Assembly (NCBI GenBank): GCA_038207335.1 | Contig: JBBQZX010000015.1 | Coordinates: forward strand, 32,001-96,000 | From: Chthoniobacterales bacterium | GTDB lineage: Bacteria > Verrucomicrobiota > Verrucomicrobiia > Chthoniobacterales > Chthoniobacteraceae | Reading direction: 5' to 3' | Length of the DNA: 64,000 nt | Shown here: positions 17,436 to 28,845 of the stretch, in pieces | Position numbering within the stretch: the first letter of the stretch is position 1 | Layout: every line of letters begins with the position of its first letter | Notes under the pieces: generated by a model | Database searches by the model: none | What the model was told of the DNA's origin: nothing | The model's input: the letters and a program-made list of their open reading frames with translations, nothing else | Program-made: the position numbers and the translations under genes

Positions 17436-20400
17436 ATGCCGGACACCGCGGAGCCCGCTCCCACTCCCCAACCACCGAAACCGCACCGCCGCTGGCTGCG
17501 GCGCACGCTGTGGTCGCTGCTCGCGATTTTCCTCCTCGTCGCGATTTTTCATCGTCCGCTTTTCCACGCCGTCGTGCGGCTCGTGGTCATCAAAGTCGCG
17601 GCACGGCAGCACCTCACGGTCGATCTGCATTTCTCCGGCAGCATCTTTACGAATCTCGCAGTCGATGGGGTCCGCGCGCGTCCAAATGGCAGCGGGCCGT
17701 CGCCGGTGGATCGCATCGACATCGAGCATATCCGGCTCGACTACAGCCTCATCGCGCTGGCCAAGAAAGGCGTCGGGGAATTTCTGCAGAGCTACGAAAT
17801 CAAAAACGCCGATCTCGTTTTCACGGCCCAGCCCAGCAAGGACGAGAAGGAGAAAGCGCAGAAGAAATCGCTCGCGCAGGACCTGAACAACCTCCTCGCG
17901 CAGCCCGCCGCTTACGCCGACCGCGTGCGCATCGACAACTTCAACATCATCCTCCACTCCGCAAAGGGCGACATCGCGGTGAAGGGCATCGACATCCTGC
18001 TCGACCCGGAGAAGACGGGCTTTTTCAAAGTGGCGCGCGTGGAGGTGCCGGGGGTGCCGGTGTGGGAAAATCTCGCCGCGGAGACGAGCTACGTTGGGCG
18101 GAATCTTTACATCCGCGGGCTCCAGCTCGCGCCGGAGGTCGTGCTGGATGAGGTGAATTTCGACGCGTCGCAGCGCGCGCAAAACAAGGGGAGCACCTCG
18201 CTGCACGCGCATGTCTTCGGCGGCACGCTGGCGCTCGCGTTGTCCGGCTCCGAGCTGAAAAAGAAGGGCAAAAATCTCGACCGGAGCTACGACACGCACC
18301 TGACCGTGGAAGCTGCGGATATGTCGGTCGCGGATGCTGCGGCGTATTTCAAAACGCCGCCGGTGCCGGTGGAAAAGCTGGCGAAATTGTCGGTGAGTTT
18401 CGCCGGTGAACCGGAGTCGCCGAAGACGTGGGATGGCGGAGCGACTGTGCGCGTCGAGGGCATCAAGGCGGGGCCGCTACTGGTCGATTCGTTCTCGACG
18501 AATGCGACTTTCAAGAACGGAAAAGCCGAGCTGACGGCGGGCAATGTGACGATCGGGAGGAACACGGTCGCGCTCACCGCGACCGCCGCGCTGCCGGAGT
18601 CGGTGAACGACTTTCCGCAGAGCGGGGTGGAGGCAAATGTGAAGGTCGACGCGCCCGATCTCGCCGCGCTGACGGGCACAATGCCGGAGCCGCTCGCGGG
18701 CTCGGCGACTGGCGATGGGAAAGTTTCCTACGAGAAAAAGCACGTCACCGCGGACATCTCGCTCGCAGCGAAGGGCGTCGAGAACAAGCAGCTCGGCGTG
18801 GGCACGGCGGCGGTGCATTTCGACGGCTCGACGACGCTCGGTGAGGCGGCGAACGACGCGATCAAGAACCTCGACGGGCACATCACTGCCGACCTGTCGA
18901 AGCTGCGCTTTCAGACATTCAACGCCGACTCCGCGAGCCTCGACGTCCTCGCGCACGAGAGCGTCGTCACTTTGAAAAAGGTCGCGCTCCTGCGGTCGGA
19001 AAACTCCGTGTGGGCGAGCGGCACGTATCGCGTGCCGGAGGATTTGAGCAAGGCCGCGGCGGCACCGGTTGATGCACAGTTTTCGATCAAGGTGCCGAAG
19101 CTCGAGGACTTCGGAATCGCGGTGAAAGACAAGACCGTGAGCGGGCATCTCGACGGCGACGGCGCGGTGAAGATGGTGGATGGAAATCCGAGCGGAAATG
19201 TGCGGGTCGAGGGCGGGGATTTTACGATCGGCGACTTCAAGACGGGGCCGCTCGTGATCAAGGCTGCGGTCGCGGACAACGTGGCGACGATCGAGCAGAT
19301 CACGCTGAATTTCAGCCCGACGGCGACCATCGCGGTGTCGGGAAAGGCGGGCGTGAAGGCTCCGTTTTTGTATGAAGGCGGCGCGGCGGTGAGCATCGAG
19401 AACCTCTCGGTTTTCCAGCCGCTGCTCGACGTCTTCGGGATCAAGGAACCAGTGAAAGGTGCGGTGCAAATCGACTGGAACGGAAAAGGCGAAGCGCCGG
19501 AGAACAAGGATGCCACACCATCCGCGGACCACAGCGGCGACGTGAGCATCGCGGTGACGAAGGCCGGTTACGGAAAGTTCGACCTGAACGAGTTCAAACT
19601 CGCGGGCATTTACGGGCCGGGCTTCGCGCAGTCGTCGGAGTTCAAAGTTGTGGTCGGCCCGACGAACTTCAACGCGGCGCTGGAGCTAAAGGAAGGGAAG
19701 CTGCGGCTGCGCGACATCGCGCTCGCGCAAGGCACGCTCACGGTGCTCACCGGCTTCATCATCGTGCCGATCGACCTGAACAATCTCTCGCAGCCCGTGC
19801 CGCTCGATCAGCGGCTCGCAGTGAACGTGAACACGAAAGATTTGGACATCGAGCAACTGCTCAAGAGCTTCGGCCAGACCGCACCGGTTAGCGGCGTGGT
19901 GACGGCAAATTTCCTCGCGGGCGGCACGGCGCTCCAGCCAACGGCGCACGTCAAAATCACGGGGCGCAAATTGAAGTCGAGCGCAGCACCGCAGTTCGAC
20001 GCGGCGGAACTCGATCTCGCGCTCCACTACTCGCAAAAGGAACTCACGCTCGACACGACCGTGCGCCAGCCGCTCATCCAGCCGCTCACGATCAAGGGCC
20101 GCGTCCCGCTCGACATCGAAGCCGTCGTGGAGGCAAAGAAGATCGACCCAAATCTGCCGATCGACGTGAGCGTGAAGCTGCCGCCGACCTCCCTGGCAGT
20201 CGTGCCGAAACTCGCGCCAGCGGTGCGCCGGATCGATGGAAATGTAAGCATCGATGTCCACGCCGGGGGCACCGTTGGGAAGCCGGAATTGAGCGGCTCC
20301 GCGAACGTGAAAATCACGTCTGCGCGGCTCGCGAATGAAGCCGTGCCCGCCATCGGAGGGTTTCAGGCGGACCTCGGATTCGCGGCAGACACGCTCACTT

Positions 20401-21401
20401 TCAAGACCTTCCGCGGTGAGATCGGTGGCGGCACTTTCAATCTCGGCGGCACGCTGAAATTTCCAAAAATCGCCGAGCCCGACTTCGACCTGAAGCTGAC
20501 CGCGAAAGACGTGCTCGCGGTGCGCAATGACTCGGTGACAGTGCGCGCCGACACCGATTTGAAACTCGTCGGCCCACTCGCGGCGGCGACGGCAAGCGGC
20601 ACCGTCTTCATCACGAACAGCAAGTTCTTCCGCGACATCGACATCCTGCCGATCAGCCTGCCCGGACGTCCGAAGCCGAAGCTCAATCCGCGCTCCGCCC
20701 CGAGCGGCAAAAACATCTCTTTCGACAAGCCGCCGCTGCGCGACTGGAAGTTCGACATCGATATTAAGACGAAGAATAACGACCCATTTCGCATCCGCGG
20801 AAATCTCGCCAACGGCGCTGCCGCGGTGGATCTAAAATTCGCGGGAACCGGCCTGGAGCCTTACTTGGAGGGCAGCGTGCGGGTGGACGATTTCGTAGCG
20901 TCGTTGCCGTTTAGCAAACTCACGGTCACGCGCGGCTTCATCTATTTTAAAAAGGACGCGCCGTTCGAGCCGGTGCTCGATTTGCAGGCGGAGGCGAATA
21001 TGCGCGACTACCGCATCCAAGCTTACATCTCGGGCAGTGCGACCGACCCGCAGGTCACGCTGACGAGCGAGCCGCCCCTCGCGCAGGCGGACATCGTCTC
21101 GCTGCTCGCGACTGGCGCGACCGCATCGGAGCTGACCGGAAATCCCGACGTGCTCGCGGGCCGCGCGGTGGTGCTCGTCTTCCAGCAGCTCTACCGGAAG
21201 ATTTTCAAGAAGAAGGAACCGTCGGAGGAGGAGTCGCTGTTCGACCGATTCAGCTTTGACGTCGGCGCGACCGATACGCAGACCGGGCGGCAGGAAGTGA
21301 AGGCGACATTTAAGCTCGGCGAGCAGCTTTACCTCGTCGGCGAGATCGACGTGACGGGCGGCTTCACGGGTCGCGTGAAATATTTGCTGCGATACCGATG
21401 A
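17436..21401 (+). CDS. tamB: TamB / DUF490 translocation and assembly module protein
   Basis: 1321 aa with N-terminal TM and repetitive beta-taco-like sequence; C-terminal SEPPLAQADIVSLLATG. Confidence 0.85.
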   Translation: MPDTAEPAPTPQPPKPHRRWLRRTLWSLLAIFLLVAIFHRPLFHAVVRLVVIKVAARQHLTVDLHFSGSIFTNLAVDGVRARPNGSGPSPVDRIDIEHIRLDYSLIALAKKGVGEFLQSYEIKNADLVFTAQPSKDEKEKAQKKSLAQDLNNLLAQPAAYADRVRIDNFNIILHSAKGDIAVKGIDILLDPEKTGFFKVARVEVPGVPVWENLAAETSYVGRNLYIRGLQLAPEVVLDEVNFDASQRAQNKGSTSLHAHVFGGTLALALSGSELKKKGKNLDRSYDTHLTVEAADMSVADAAAYFKTPPVPVEKLAKLSVSFAGEPESPKTWDGGATVRVEGIKAGPLLVDSFSTNATFKNGKAELTAGNVTIGRNTVALTATAALPESVNDFPQSGVEANVKVDAPDLAALTGTMPEPLAGSATGDGKVSYEKKHVTADISLAAKGVENKQLGVGTAAVHFDGSTTLGEAANDAIKNLDGHITADLSKLRFQTFNADSASLDVLAHESVVTLKKVALLRSENSVWASGTYRVPEDLSKAAAAPVDAQFSIKVPKLEDFGIAVKDKTVSGHLDGDGAVKMVDGNPSGNVRVEGGDFTIGDFKTGPLVIKAAVADNVATIEQITLNFSPTATIAVSGKAGVKAPFLYEGGAAVSIENLSVFQPLLDVFGIKEPVKGAVQIDWNGKGEAPENKDATPSADHSGDVSIAVTKAGYGKFDLNEFKLAGIYGPGFAQSSEFKVVVGPTNFNAALELKEGKLRLRDIALAQGTLTVLTGFIIVPIDLNNLSQPVPLDQRLAVNVNTKDLDIEQLLKSFGQTAPVSGVVTANFLAGGTALQPTAHVKITGRKLKSSAAPQFDAAELDLALHYSQKELTLDTTVRQPLIQPLTIKGRVPLDIEAVVEAKKIDPNLPIDVSVKLPPTSLAVVPKLAPAVRRIDGNVSIDVHAGGTVGKPELSGSANVKITSARLANEAVPAIGGFQADLGFAADTLTFKTFRGEIGGGTFNLGGTLKFPKIAEPDFDLKLTAKDVLAVRNDSVTVRADTDLKLVGPLAAATASGTVFITNSKFFRDIDILPISLPGRPKPKLNPRSAPSGKNISFDKPPLRDWKFDIDIKTKNNDPFRIRGNLANGAAAVDLKFAGTGLEPYLEGSVRVDDFVASLPFSKLTVTRGFIYFKKDAPFEPVLDLQAEANMRDYRIQAYISGSATDPQVTLTSEPPLAQADIVSLLATGATASELTGNPDVLAGRAVVLVFQQLYRKIFKKKEPSEEESLFDRFSFDVGATDTQTGRQEVKATFKLGEQLYLVGEIDVTGGFTGRVKYLLRYR

Positions 21402-23470
21402 GCCGATTTTCCAGCTTCCCGCTGCGTGCCGCTGCGTGCACTTGTTTCCTCCTGACGATGGCCGCCGAGTCGCCCGCGATCTGGCCTTTTCGCAAAACAA
21501 AAAAGGACATCTCGCAGGAGCCAGCTCCGGGTGAATCGGCCGCGAATATCGAATTCATCGGCAACCGCAGCTTTACGCCGGACGAGTTGCGCAAGCCGCT
21601 GGTAGAGTCCAACCGCGAGATCGTCGAGCGCGGCTTGAGCAAGGCGCGGGCGGACGACACGGCGTATTACCTCGCGGTTTTTTACCGCAAAAATGGCTTC
21701 GCGAAAGTCGAGGTGAACTACGACATCCGCGGGAATTTCCTGATACTGCGCATCGACGAAGGGCCCCGAGCATACCTTCGTGCCGTCACTTTTCACGGCA
21801 ACAAGGAGATCCCCGAGCTCACACTCTACGACTACATGGTCGGCGCGACGAAGGAGCGGCTGGCGGAAAGCGCGAACACTTTTCCTTACGTCGAGGGCGA
21901 CGTACAAAGCGGCGTCGAGCATGTGCGCGGGCTGTATGAATCGGAGGGGTTTCTCGATGTCGTGATCGATCCGGCGAAGGTCGATCTCTCGAATGACGGC
22001 ACACACGCCGATGTGTCCGTGACGGTCCACGAGGGACGCCGCTACATGTTTGGCGAGGTGCGTTTTGCCGGGAATACCATCTTTCCGCGCGAGGAACTCA
22101 TGAAGGGGCTCGGCGAGACGCTGGAGAAACCGTTCACGCCACAGCGGCTCAATGAGATGGAGCGTAACCTCCAGTTTTTCTACAAATCACACGGCTACTA
22201 CAACGCGAAGGTCGATTCCGCGGGCGATCCGAAGCAGGCGTCGGGCGGGCGCGTTCCGGTCGTTTTCACCGCGATGCCGCACCAGCTTTTCCGCTTCAAT
22301 GGCGTAACGGTGCAGGGGCTTGACAGGCTGAAGCCGAGCTTTTTGCCGAAGCGTTTCGCGCCGCTGAAAGGCGAGATTTACGACCCAGCGAAGCTCGATG
22401 AGAAATATCGCGAGCTGCTGCGGACGGGACTCTTCAAGAACCTGCGCGTCAATTCCTTGCCACAGGAAGACGACACCATCCGGCTCGATCTCACGGTCGA
22501 GGAGGCAAAGGCGAAGGAACTCGGATTCACGATCGGCGCGGGTTCATACGACGGCGTCTCGGCGGGCTTGCGGCTCGGGGATCGTGATTTCATGGGCAAC
22601 GGACGCCCGCTGACTTTCAATATCGACGTCTCGCAGCGCGGCTCGAAAGGCGAATTGCTTTACGTTGATCCGTGGCTCTTCGACGGCAAGAATTCGCTGC
22701 GCGCGCGCCTTTTCGCGCAAAGCCGCACTGAGGTCGGATACTCAAAACAGGAGTTCGGATTTCGCGCCGACATTTTGCGGAAACTGACGAAGAACGTGGA
22801 AGTCGGCGTTTTTCTGCAGGTGAAGCAAGTGACGATCACAGAGTCGTTCATTGTCCCGGAATTTCTCGGGCCGGAAAATTACGTCATCGCCTCGCTCGGC
22901 CTCACGCAGAGCTTCGACTTTCGCGACCCGACTCCGGTCGCTCCAAAGCGCGGCTGGATCATCACGACCGCGCTCGATCTCGATGCGCTCTCGAGCAGCA
23001 TCGCGTTTGGCCGGGCGACCGTCCGAGGCAGTTACTATATGCCTTTGAGCGAGAAGGTGATGGTGGCATTCGGCGCGCGCGGGGGGCTCATTTTGCCGTT
23101 CACCGAGGTGCCGATCGACGAGCGGTATTTCAACGGCGGCTCGACGACAGTGCGCAGTTTCCGCGAGCGCAGGCTCGGACCATTCGACCGCCACGGCAAC
23201 CCGATCGGCGGCCAGGCATTCACCGCTTTCAATGCCGAGCTAACCTTCCCGCTCTACGGTCAACTGCAGGGCGCGGTCTTCGCTGACGCCGGAAATCTAA
23301 TCGCGACTTCAAGCGACGCTGGCGTGCAGGAAATGCGTTACGGCATCGGTATCGGCGTCCGCTACGCCCTCCCGATTGGCCCCTTGAGGCTTGACCTCGC
23401 CCTCAATCCCAACCCGCGGGACCAGGAGGCCATCGGCGCATTCCACTTCACATTCGGCATCGCGTTTTGA
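21398..23470 (+). CDS. Omp85 (BamA/TamA family) outer-membrane protein with POTRA domains
   Basis: POTRA-like repeats (FIGNRSF, YRKNGF); GGSTTVRSF; PIGPLRLD; terminal FTFGIAF. Confidence 0.88.
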   Translation: MSRFSSFPLRAAACTCFLLTMAAESPAIWPFRKTKKDISQEPAPGESAANIEFIGNRSFTPDELRKPLVESNREIVERGLSKARADDTAYYLAVFYRKNGFAKVEVNYDIRGNFLILRIDEGPRAYLRAVTFHGNKEIPELTLYDYMVGATKERLAESANTFPYVEGDVQSGVEHVRGLYESEGFLDVVIDPAKVDLSNDGTHADVSVTVHEGRRYMFGEVRFAGNTIFPREELMKGLGETLEKPFTPQRLNEMERNLQFFYKSHGYYNAKVDSAGDPKQASGGRVPVVFTAMPHQLFRFNGVTVQGLDRLKPSFLPKRFAPLKGEIYDPAKLDEKYRELLRTGLFKNLRVNSLPQEDDTIRLDLTVEEAKAKELGFTIGAGSYDGVSAGLRLGDRDFMGNGRPLTFNIDVSQRGSKGELLYVDPWLFDGKNSLRARLFAQSRTEVGYSKQEFGFRADILRKLTKNVEVGVFLQVKQVTITESFIVPEFLGPENYVIASLGLTQSFDFRDPTPVAPKRGWIITTALDLDALSSSIAFGRATVRGSYYMPLSEKVMVAFGARGGLILPFTEVPIDERYFNGGSTTVRSFRERRLGPFDRHGNPIGGQAFTAFNAELTFPLYGQLQGAVFADAGNLIATSSDAGVQEMRYGIGIGVRYALPIGPLRLDLALNPNPRDQEAIGAFHFTFGIAF

Positions 23471-23480
23471 CGCGTGAAAA

Positions 23481-24098
23481 TCACGCGGCGCAGATGTGCG
23501 GGCGCTCCGGCCCTACGCGGAGTTTCAGCCCAGCTCGATAGAACATGAAAATCGCGACGGCCTGAATGAGGTGGTGGAGGTCGTTGTGATTGAAGTGCGG
23601 GGAAAGGCTCCATTACATTTGCTGGAAGGTCGCGGCGACTGCGGAGCGCGCGACCTCGCCGAGCATCGGCCCGCGCCACGGTCGCGCGGTGCGGATCGAC
23701 GCGACGGCGAGCGTGATCATCGCGAGGCCATAATCGATGATCGCGACGAGGAAGATCGGCACCGCGATGCCAATCGCCGCGAACGAGCCAAACTTCAGCC
23801 ACACACGCGACGAGCCGGAGCAAACTCATGAACGAGTGTCAGCGACTTCGCGGCGCTGGTGAGGCTGATGAGCAGGAGCGTCCCGCGCCACAGCGCGGCA
23901 CTCGCGGCCTCACCGAGTTGAGGGCCGAAGCCGGGTCCAACGAAAGCGGCCGCGCCGCTGAGGCAGAGCGCGCGACTCAACCAACGGCGCGGAGAACTCG
24001 CCATCTGCGCGATTTTCCAACCACAAAAAACGCTGAGGAATGCGGGCAGGTAATCGGTCAGCAGCGTCGCCGGCTCGTGTAGCCAGCCAGTGCAGCAT
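23481..24098 (-). pseudogene. Disrupted multi-pass membrane protein gene (DUF6962-like)
   Basis: LHEPATLLTDY..LWRGTLLLI, frameshift near 23800, IIDYGLAM..FQQM, in-frame TAA at 23613, then WSLSPHFNHNDLHHLIQ. Confidence 0.65.
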
Positions 24099-24238
24099 CA
24101 TTCCCGGAAGCAAAAAGGGTTCAGCGGCGAAGTGGAACTCGGGCAGTCCTCTTTCATCAACTCCGAACTTCGTAATCAGACCCGCCGCAAATTGGCAGCG
24201 AAACGCGACGGCACCGCGCATCGCCGAGTGTCAGGCAG

Positions 24239-24745
24239 CTAAGACGCTTTGACAAAAACTCCGACCAAAGGGCGCGGGTAGGGAGTGGGCGAGATGAAAT
24301 CGCTCACGAAACCTGTCGCGGTGCGGAGTTCGACATGGCCTGCATCGTCGCCGCCGTAAACCACCACTGCACCGATTGGCGCTTTCCGCGGATCGCTGAC
24401 GTTGAGCTTTTTGAAGCCGAATTTTTGCACCAACTCCGTGCCTGCCTGCTTCGCATAGGCACTCGTCGGGCGCGAGGAGACTAGGTGCGCGGCAAGCAGA
24501 GCGTCCTTCACGTAGCGCCAGCAGTACCATGTCATCTTCGGCTGCGCGCGCCGGATCGCGATTTCGGCTGCGCGGCGCATCCGGGCGTCGTACTTGAGTT
24601 CGCCGGACTGCGGGCCGAAGCGCTTCTGCTCCTCAGCGGTCAGCTTTCGCGCCGTCTTGTTGTCGAAAAGCGAATCTTTCGCGCGAGCAGGGACGAAGGC
24701 GGTAAGCAGCACGAGAAGGAGCAGCAGGGAAAAAAATCGAGGCAT
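24239..24745 (-). CDS. Secreted NlpC/P60 or CHAP-like cysteine amidase
   Basis: Signal peptide; YCWRYVKDAL (Cys) and GAVVVYGG..AGHVE (His). Confidence 0.65.
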   Translation of the reverse strand: MPRFFSLLLLLVLLTAFVPARAKDSLFDNKTARKLTAEEQKRFGPQSGELKYDARMRRAAEIAIRRAQPKMTWYCWRYVKDALLAAHLVSSRPTSAYAKQAGTELVQKFGFKKLNVSDPRKAPIGAVVVYGGDDAGHVELRTATGFVSDFISPTPYPRPLVGVFVKAS

Positions 24746-24854
24746 CGCGTGGAATTTTGCGCGGAAGAGTAAACGGATGCGAGGGTTCGTCAACGGGGCG
24801 CGGGAGGAGGCGATCATAGTGTCGCTTTTAGCGGGAAACGGGCCACGGAAGTGA

Positions 24855-26006
<1,152 letters not shown>

Positions 26007-26040
26007 GCTTTTCGCTCCGCGGAAAGTCGCAAGCTTCAGT

Positions 26041-26078
26041 GCGCCCGCCATCGGCAACGATGGCGGGCGTTTTTTTTT
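26041..26078 (+). terminator. Rho-independent terminator after gap
   Basis: CGCCCGCCATCG-GCAA-CGATGGCGGGCG followed by a T run. Confidence 0.9.
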
Positions 26079-26208
26079 GCAGTGGTTTTGAGCGAAAATA
26101 CTCCTGAAACCGGGAGTGCGCGTGAATGAAGCTCCGGGGTAGCGCAGTGCTCTCGGAACAAAGCCGCCCGCACTCGACGCCTTTTCGAAACGCTGTTACC
26201 ACGCCCCG

Positions 26209-26619
26209 ATGGAACCGAAGACCGCACCGTCGCCCCTCACCGTCCTCATCCTTTGGGTGCTCTGGTTCAGCTTCATGATCGGCATCGTTTTCATCAACCT
26301 CTTCCTCGGCCAGGACACCGCCAGCCATCACGCCGTGATTCCGAACGAAGGCGCATGGTTCGCCGCCGCCATTCCCATCTTCATTAGTGCGATCCTCCGT
26401 TGGATCGTACTGCCGAAAGTGCGCGACCCGCAAAAGCTGCTCACCACGATGATCCTCGGCATCTCCACGGCCGAAGCGGTCACCTTTTTCGGGCTCTTTT
26501 TGTTTCCGGCGCATCGAGTCGAGCTCTGCATCCTCAGCGCGCTCGGGATTTTTCAATTCATCCCGACCTACGCCCGCCGCCAACTCGGGCTTACCGACTC
26601 CGCCAGCCTGCGCGAGTAG
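26209..26619 (+). CDS. Small 4-TM membrane protein, hypothetical
   Basis: Four hydrophobic segments; genome-typical codon usage. Confidence 0.7.
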   Translation: MEPKTAPSPLTVLILWVLWFSFMIGIVFINLFLGQDTASHHAVIPNEGAWFAAAIPIFISAILRWIVLPKVRDPQKLLTTMILGISTAEAVTFFGLFLFPAHRVELCILSALGIFQFIPTYARRQLGLTDSASLRE

Positions 26620-26802
26620 CACTGGAGGGCATCGCGCCGTCGATGCCAAGCCACCCGGCACCTACAAGCCCAGCGCCCTCCATTCCGAGATCCCCGTCCG
26701 CCTTCGCCGCTTCGTTCAGCGGCGGTGAAAATCGAACCGCCCCGAGGCCCAAAGTGCTTGTCTTTGTCCCCTCGCCCGCGCTTTCTTTCGCCCCTCATTT
26801 TT

Positions 26803-28014
26803 ATGCCAAAACTTTCCGTCCGCGATCTCGATGTCTCAGGAAAACGCGTGCTTGTCCGCGTGGATTTCAACGTCCCCGTTGAAGAGGAAAACGGGCATGT
26901 CCGCATCACCGACGACACGCGAATGCGCGAAAGCCTGCCGACGATCGCGCTGCTGCGCGAAAAGGGAGCGAAGGTGATTTTGATGGCGCATTTCGGGAGG
27001 CCGAAGGGCGAGCCGAATCCTAAATACTCGCTGAGGCCGATCGCCGATCATCTGCACACGCTCATCGAGCATCCGGTAATTTTCAGCCACGACACGACCG
27101 GCGAGATTCCCGAGAAGATCATCGCGCACATGCAGCCGGGCGATGTCGCGCTGCTTGAAAATGTCCGCTTTCACGCAGGCGAAGAAGCGAACGATCCGGC
27201 GTTCGCGGAGCAGCTAGCGAAGCTCGGCGACATCTTCGTGAACGACGCATTCGGCGCGGCGCATCGCGCGCACGCATCGACGGCGGGCATCGCGGAATTC
27301 ATCGAGCAGTCCGCGATGGGGCTGCTGATGGAAAAAGAGCTGAAGTATTTGCAGGGTGAGCTGGAAAACCCTGCGAAGCCGTTTTTGGTCATCCTGGGCG
27401 GATCGAAAGTCTCGGACAAAATTGGCGTCATCAAGGCGCTCATGCAGAAGGCCGACACGTTTTTGATCGGCGGCGCGATGGCCTACACGTTCTTCAAGGC
27501 GCAGGGCATTCCGACAGGGAAAAGCCGCGTGGAAGCCGACAAACTCGACCTCGCGCTGGAGCTACTGGAACTCGCCAAGACTCGTGGAATCAAGTTTCTG
27601 CTACCGGTGGACAATCTGGAGACGACCGAATTCAGCGCGAACGCAACGCCCCGCGCAACGGAGGTTCACTCGACCAGCACCGGCATCGCAGCAGATCACG
27701 AAGCCGTCGATATCGGCCCGAAAACGATCGTGCTTTTCAGCAAGGAAATCGCGTCGGCGAAGACGATTTTGTGGAATGGGCCGGTCGGTGTTTTCGAACT
27801 CGCGCCTTTTGCCAAAGGCACGCGCGGACTCGCCGAAGCGGTGGCTTCTAACAAGGACGCCGTATCGATCATCGGCGGCGGCGACTCGGTGACGGCGGTG
27901 AAGCAATTCGGGCTTGCGGATGAGATGACGTTCATCTCCACAGGTGGCGGAGCGTCGCTGGAATTGCTAGAAGGCAAAGCGCTGCCCGGAGTCTCGGCAC
28001 TCAGCGAGAAATAG
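26803..28014 (+). CDS. pgk: Phosphoglycerate kinase
   Basis: RVDFNVP, LLENVRF, NDAFGAAHRAHAS, STGGGASLE. Confidence 0.98.
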   Translation: MPKLSVRDLDVSGKRVLVRVDFNVPVEEENGHVRITDDTRMRESLPTIALLREKGAKVILMAHFGRPKGEPNPKYSLRPIADHLHTLIEHPVIFSHDTTGEIPEKIIAHMQPGDVALLENVRFHAGEEANDPAFAEQLAKLGDIFVNDAFGAAHRAHASTAGIAEFIEQSAMGLLMEKELKYLQGELENPAKPFLVILGGSKVSDKIGVIKALMQKADTFLIGGAMAYTFFKAQGIPTGKSRVEADKLDLALELLELAKTRGIKFLLPVDNLETTEFSANATPRATEVHSTSTGIAADHEAVDIGPKTIVLFSKEIASAKTILWNGPVGVFELAPFAKGTRGLAEAVASNKDAVSIIGGGDSVTAVKQFGLADEMTFISTGGGASLELLEGKALPGVSALSEK

Positions 28015-28023
28015 ACTTTTCCC

Positions 28024-28794
28024 ATGCGCAAAAAAATCATCGCAGCCAACTGGAAGATGAACACGACTCTCGGCGAGTCAGATTCCTTCTTCGACACGTT
28101 CCTCCTCGAAATCGGCAGCGAGAAGCGCGTCGATATCGTCATTTGTCCGCCATTCACCGCGCTTTCGCATGTCTCCACGCGGCTCGGGAAAGTCCAAAAC
28201 GTGAAGCTCGGCGCGCAGAACATGCACTGGGAAAAGCCGGGCGCATTCACCGGCGAAATCAGCGCACACATGCTGCGGGAGTTGTTCGTGCGATACGTGA
28301 TCGTCGGGCACAGCGAGCGACGCGCGCTCTTCGGCGAGACGGATGCAATTGTGAATAAAAAGGCGCGCGCGGCGCTCGACGCGGCGCTGAAACCGATTGT
28401 GTGCATCGGCGAAACGCTGGAGCAGCGCGATGCCGGGCAAGTGGAGCGAGTGCTTGCGGAGCAGCTTCGCGGCAGCCTTGCTGGCTTTGGCACAAAAGAC
28501 CTCGGCGAGACCGTGCTCGCTTACGAGCCCGTGTGGGCGATCGGCACCGGCCGCACGGCGAGCCCGCAGCAGGCGCAAGATGCGCACGCGTTTATCCGCA
28601 AAACGGTGGCGGCGATGTCTGACACGACGACTGCCGACAAACTCCGCATCCAATACGGTGGCAGCGTGAAGCCCGCGAACACCGCGGAGCTGATGTCGCA
28701 GCCGGACATCGACGGCGCACTGGTCGGCGGTGCGAGCCTCGACGCTCGCGGGTTTTCGGAGATCGTGAAATTCGCCTGCGCACAGATGCGGTAG
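28024..28794 (+). CDS. tpiA: Triosephosphate isomerase
   Basis: ANWKMN, GHSERR, AYEPVWAIGTG, YGGSVKP, LVGGASL. Confidence 0.98.
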   Translation: MRKKIIAANWKMNTTLGESDSFFDTFLLEIGSEKRVDIVICPPFTALSHVSTRLGKVQNVKLGAQNMHWEKPGAFTGEISAHMLRELFVRYVIVGHSERRALFGETDAIVNKKARAALDAALKPIVCIGETLEQRDAGQVERVLAEQLRGSLAGFGTKDLGETVLAYEPVWAIGTGRTASPQQAQDAHAFIRKTVAAMSDTTTADKLRIQYGGSVKPANTAELMSQPDIDGALVGGASLDARGFSEIVKFACAQMR

Positions 28795-28845
28795 GCGGCA
28801 CATCCCGGCCTATCGCGCGGGCACTGTCGGGATCACCGATCCCGG

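Noticed and set aside
16443..18299. 618-aa extended YihY ORF; likewise extended hpnO (to 30567), CrtC-like (to 40064) and amidase (from 47255)
   Set aside because: The extensions overlap real genes; shorter starts match family lengths
17436..23470. tamB placed before the Omp85 gene as a novelty
   Set aside because: This order is already known outside Proteobacteria
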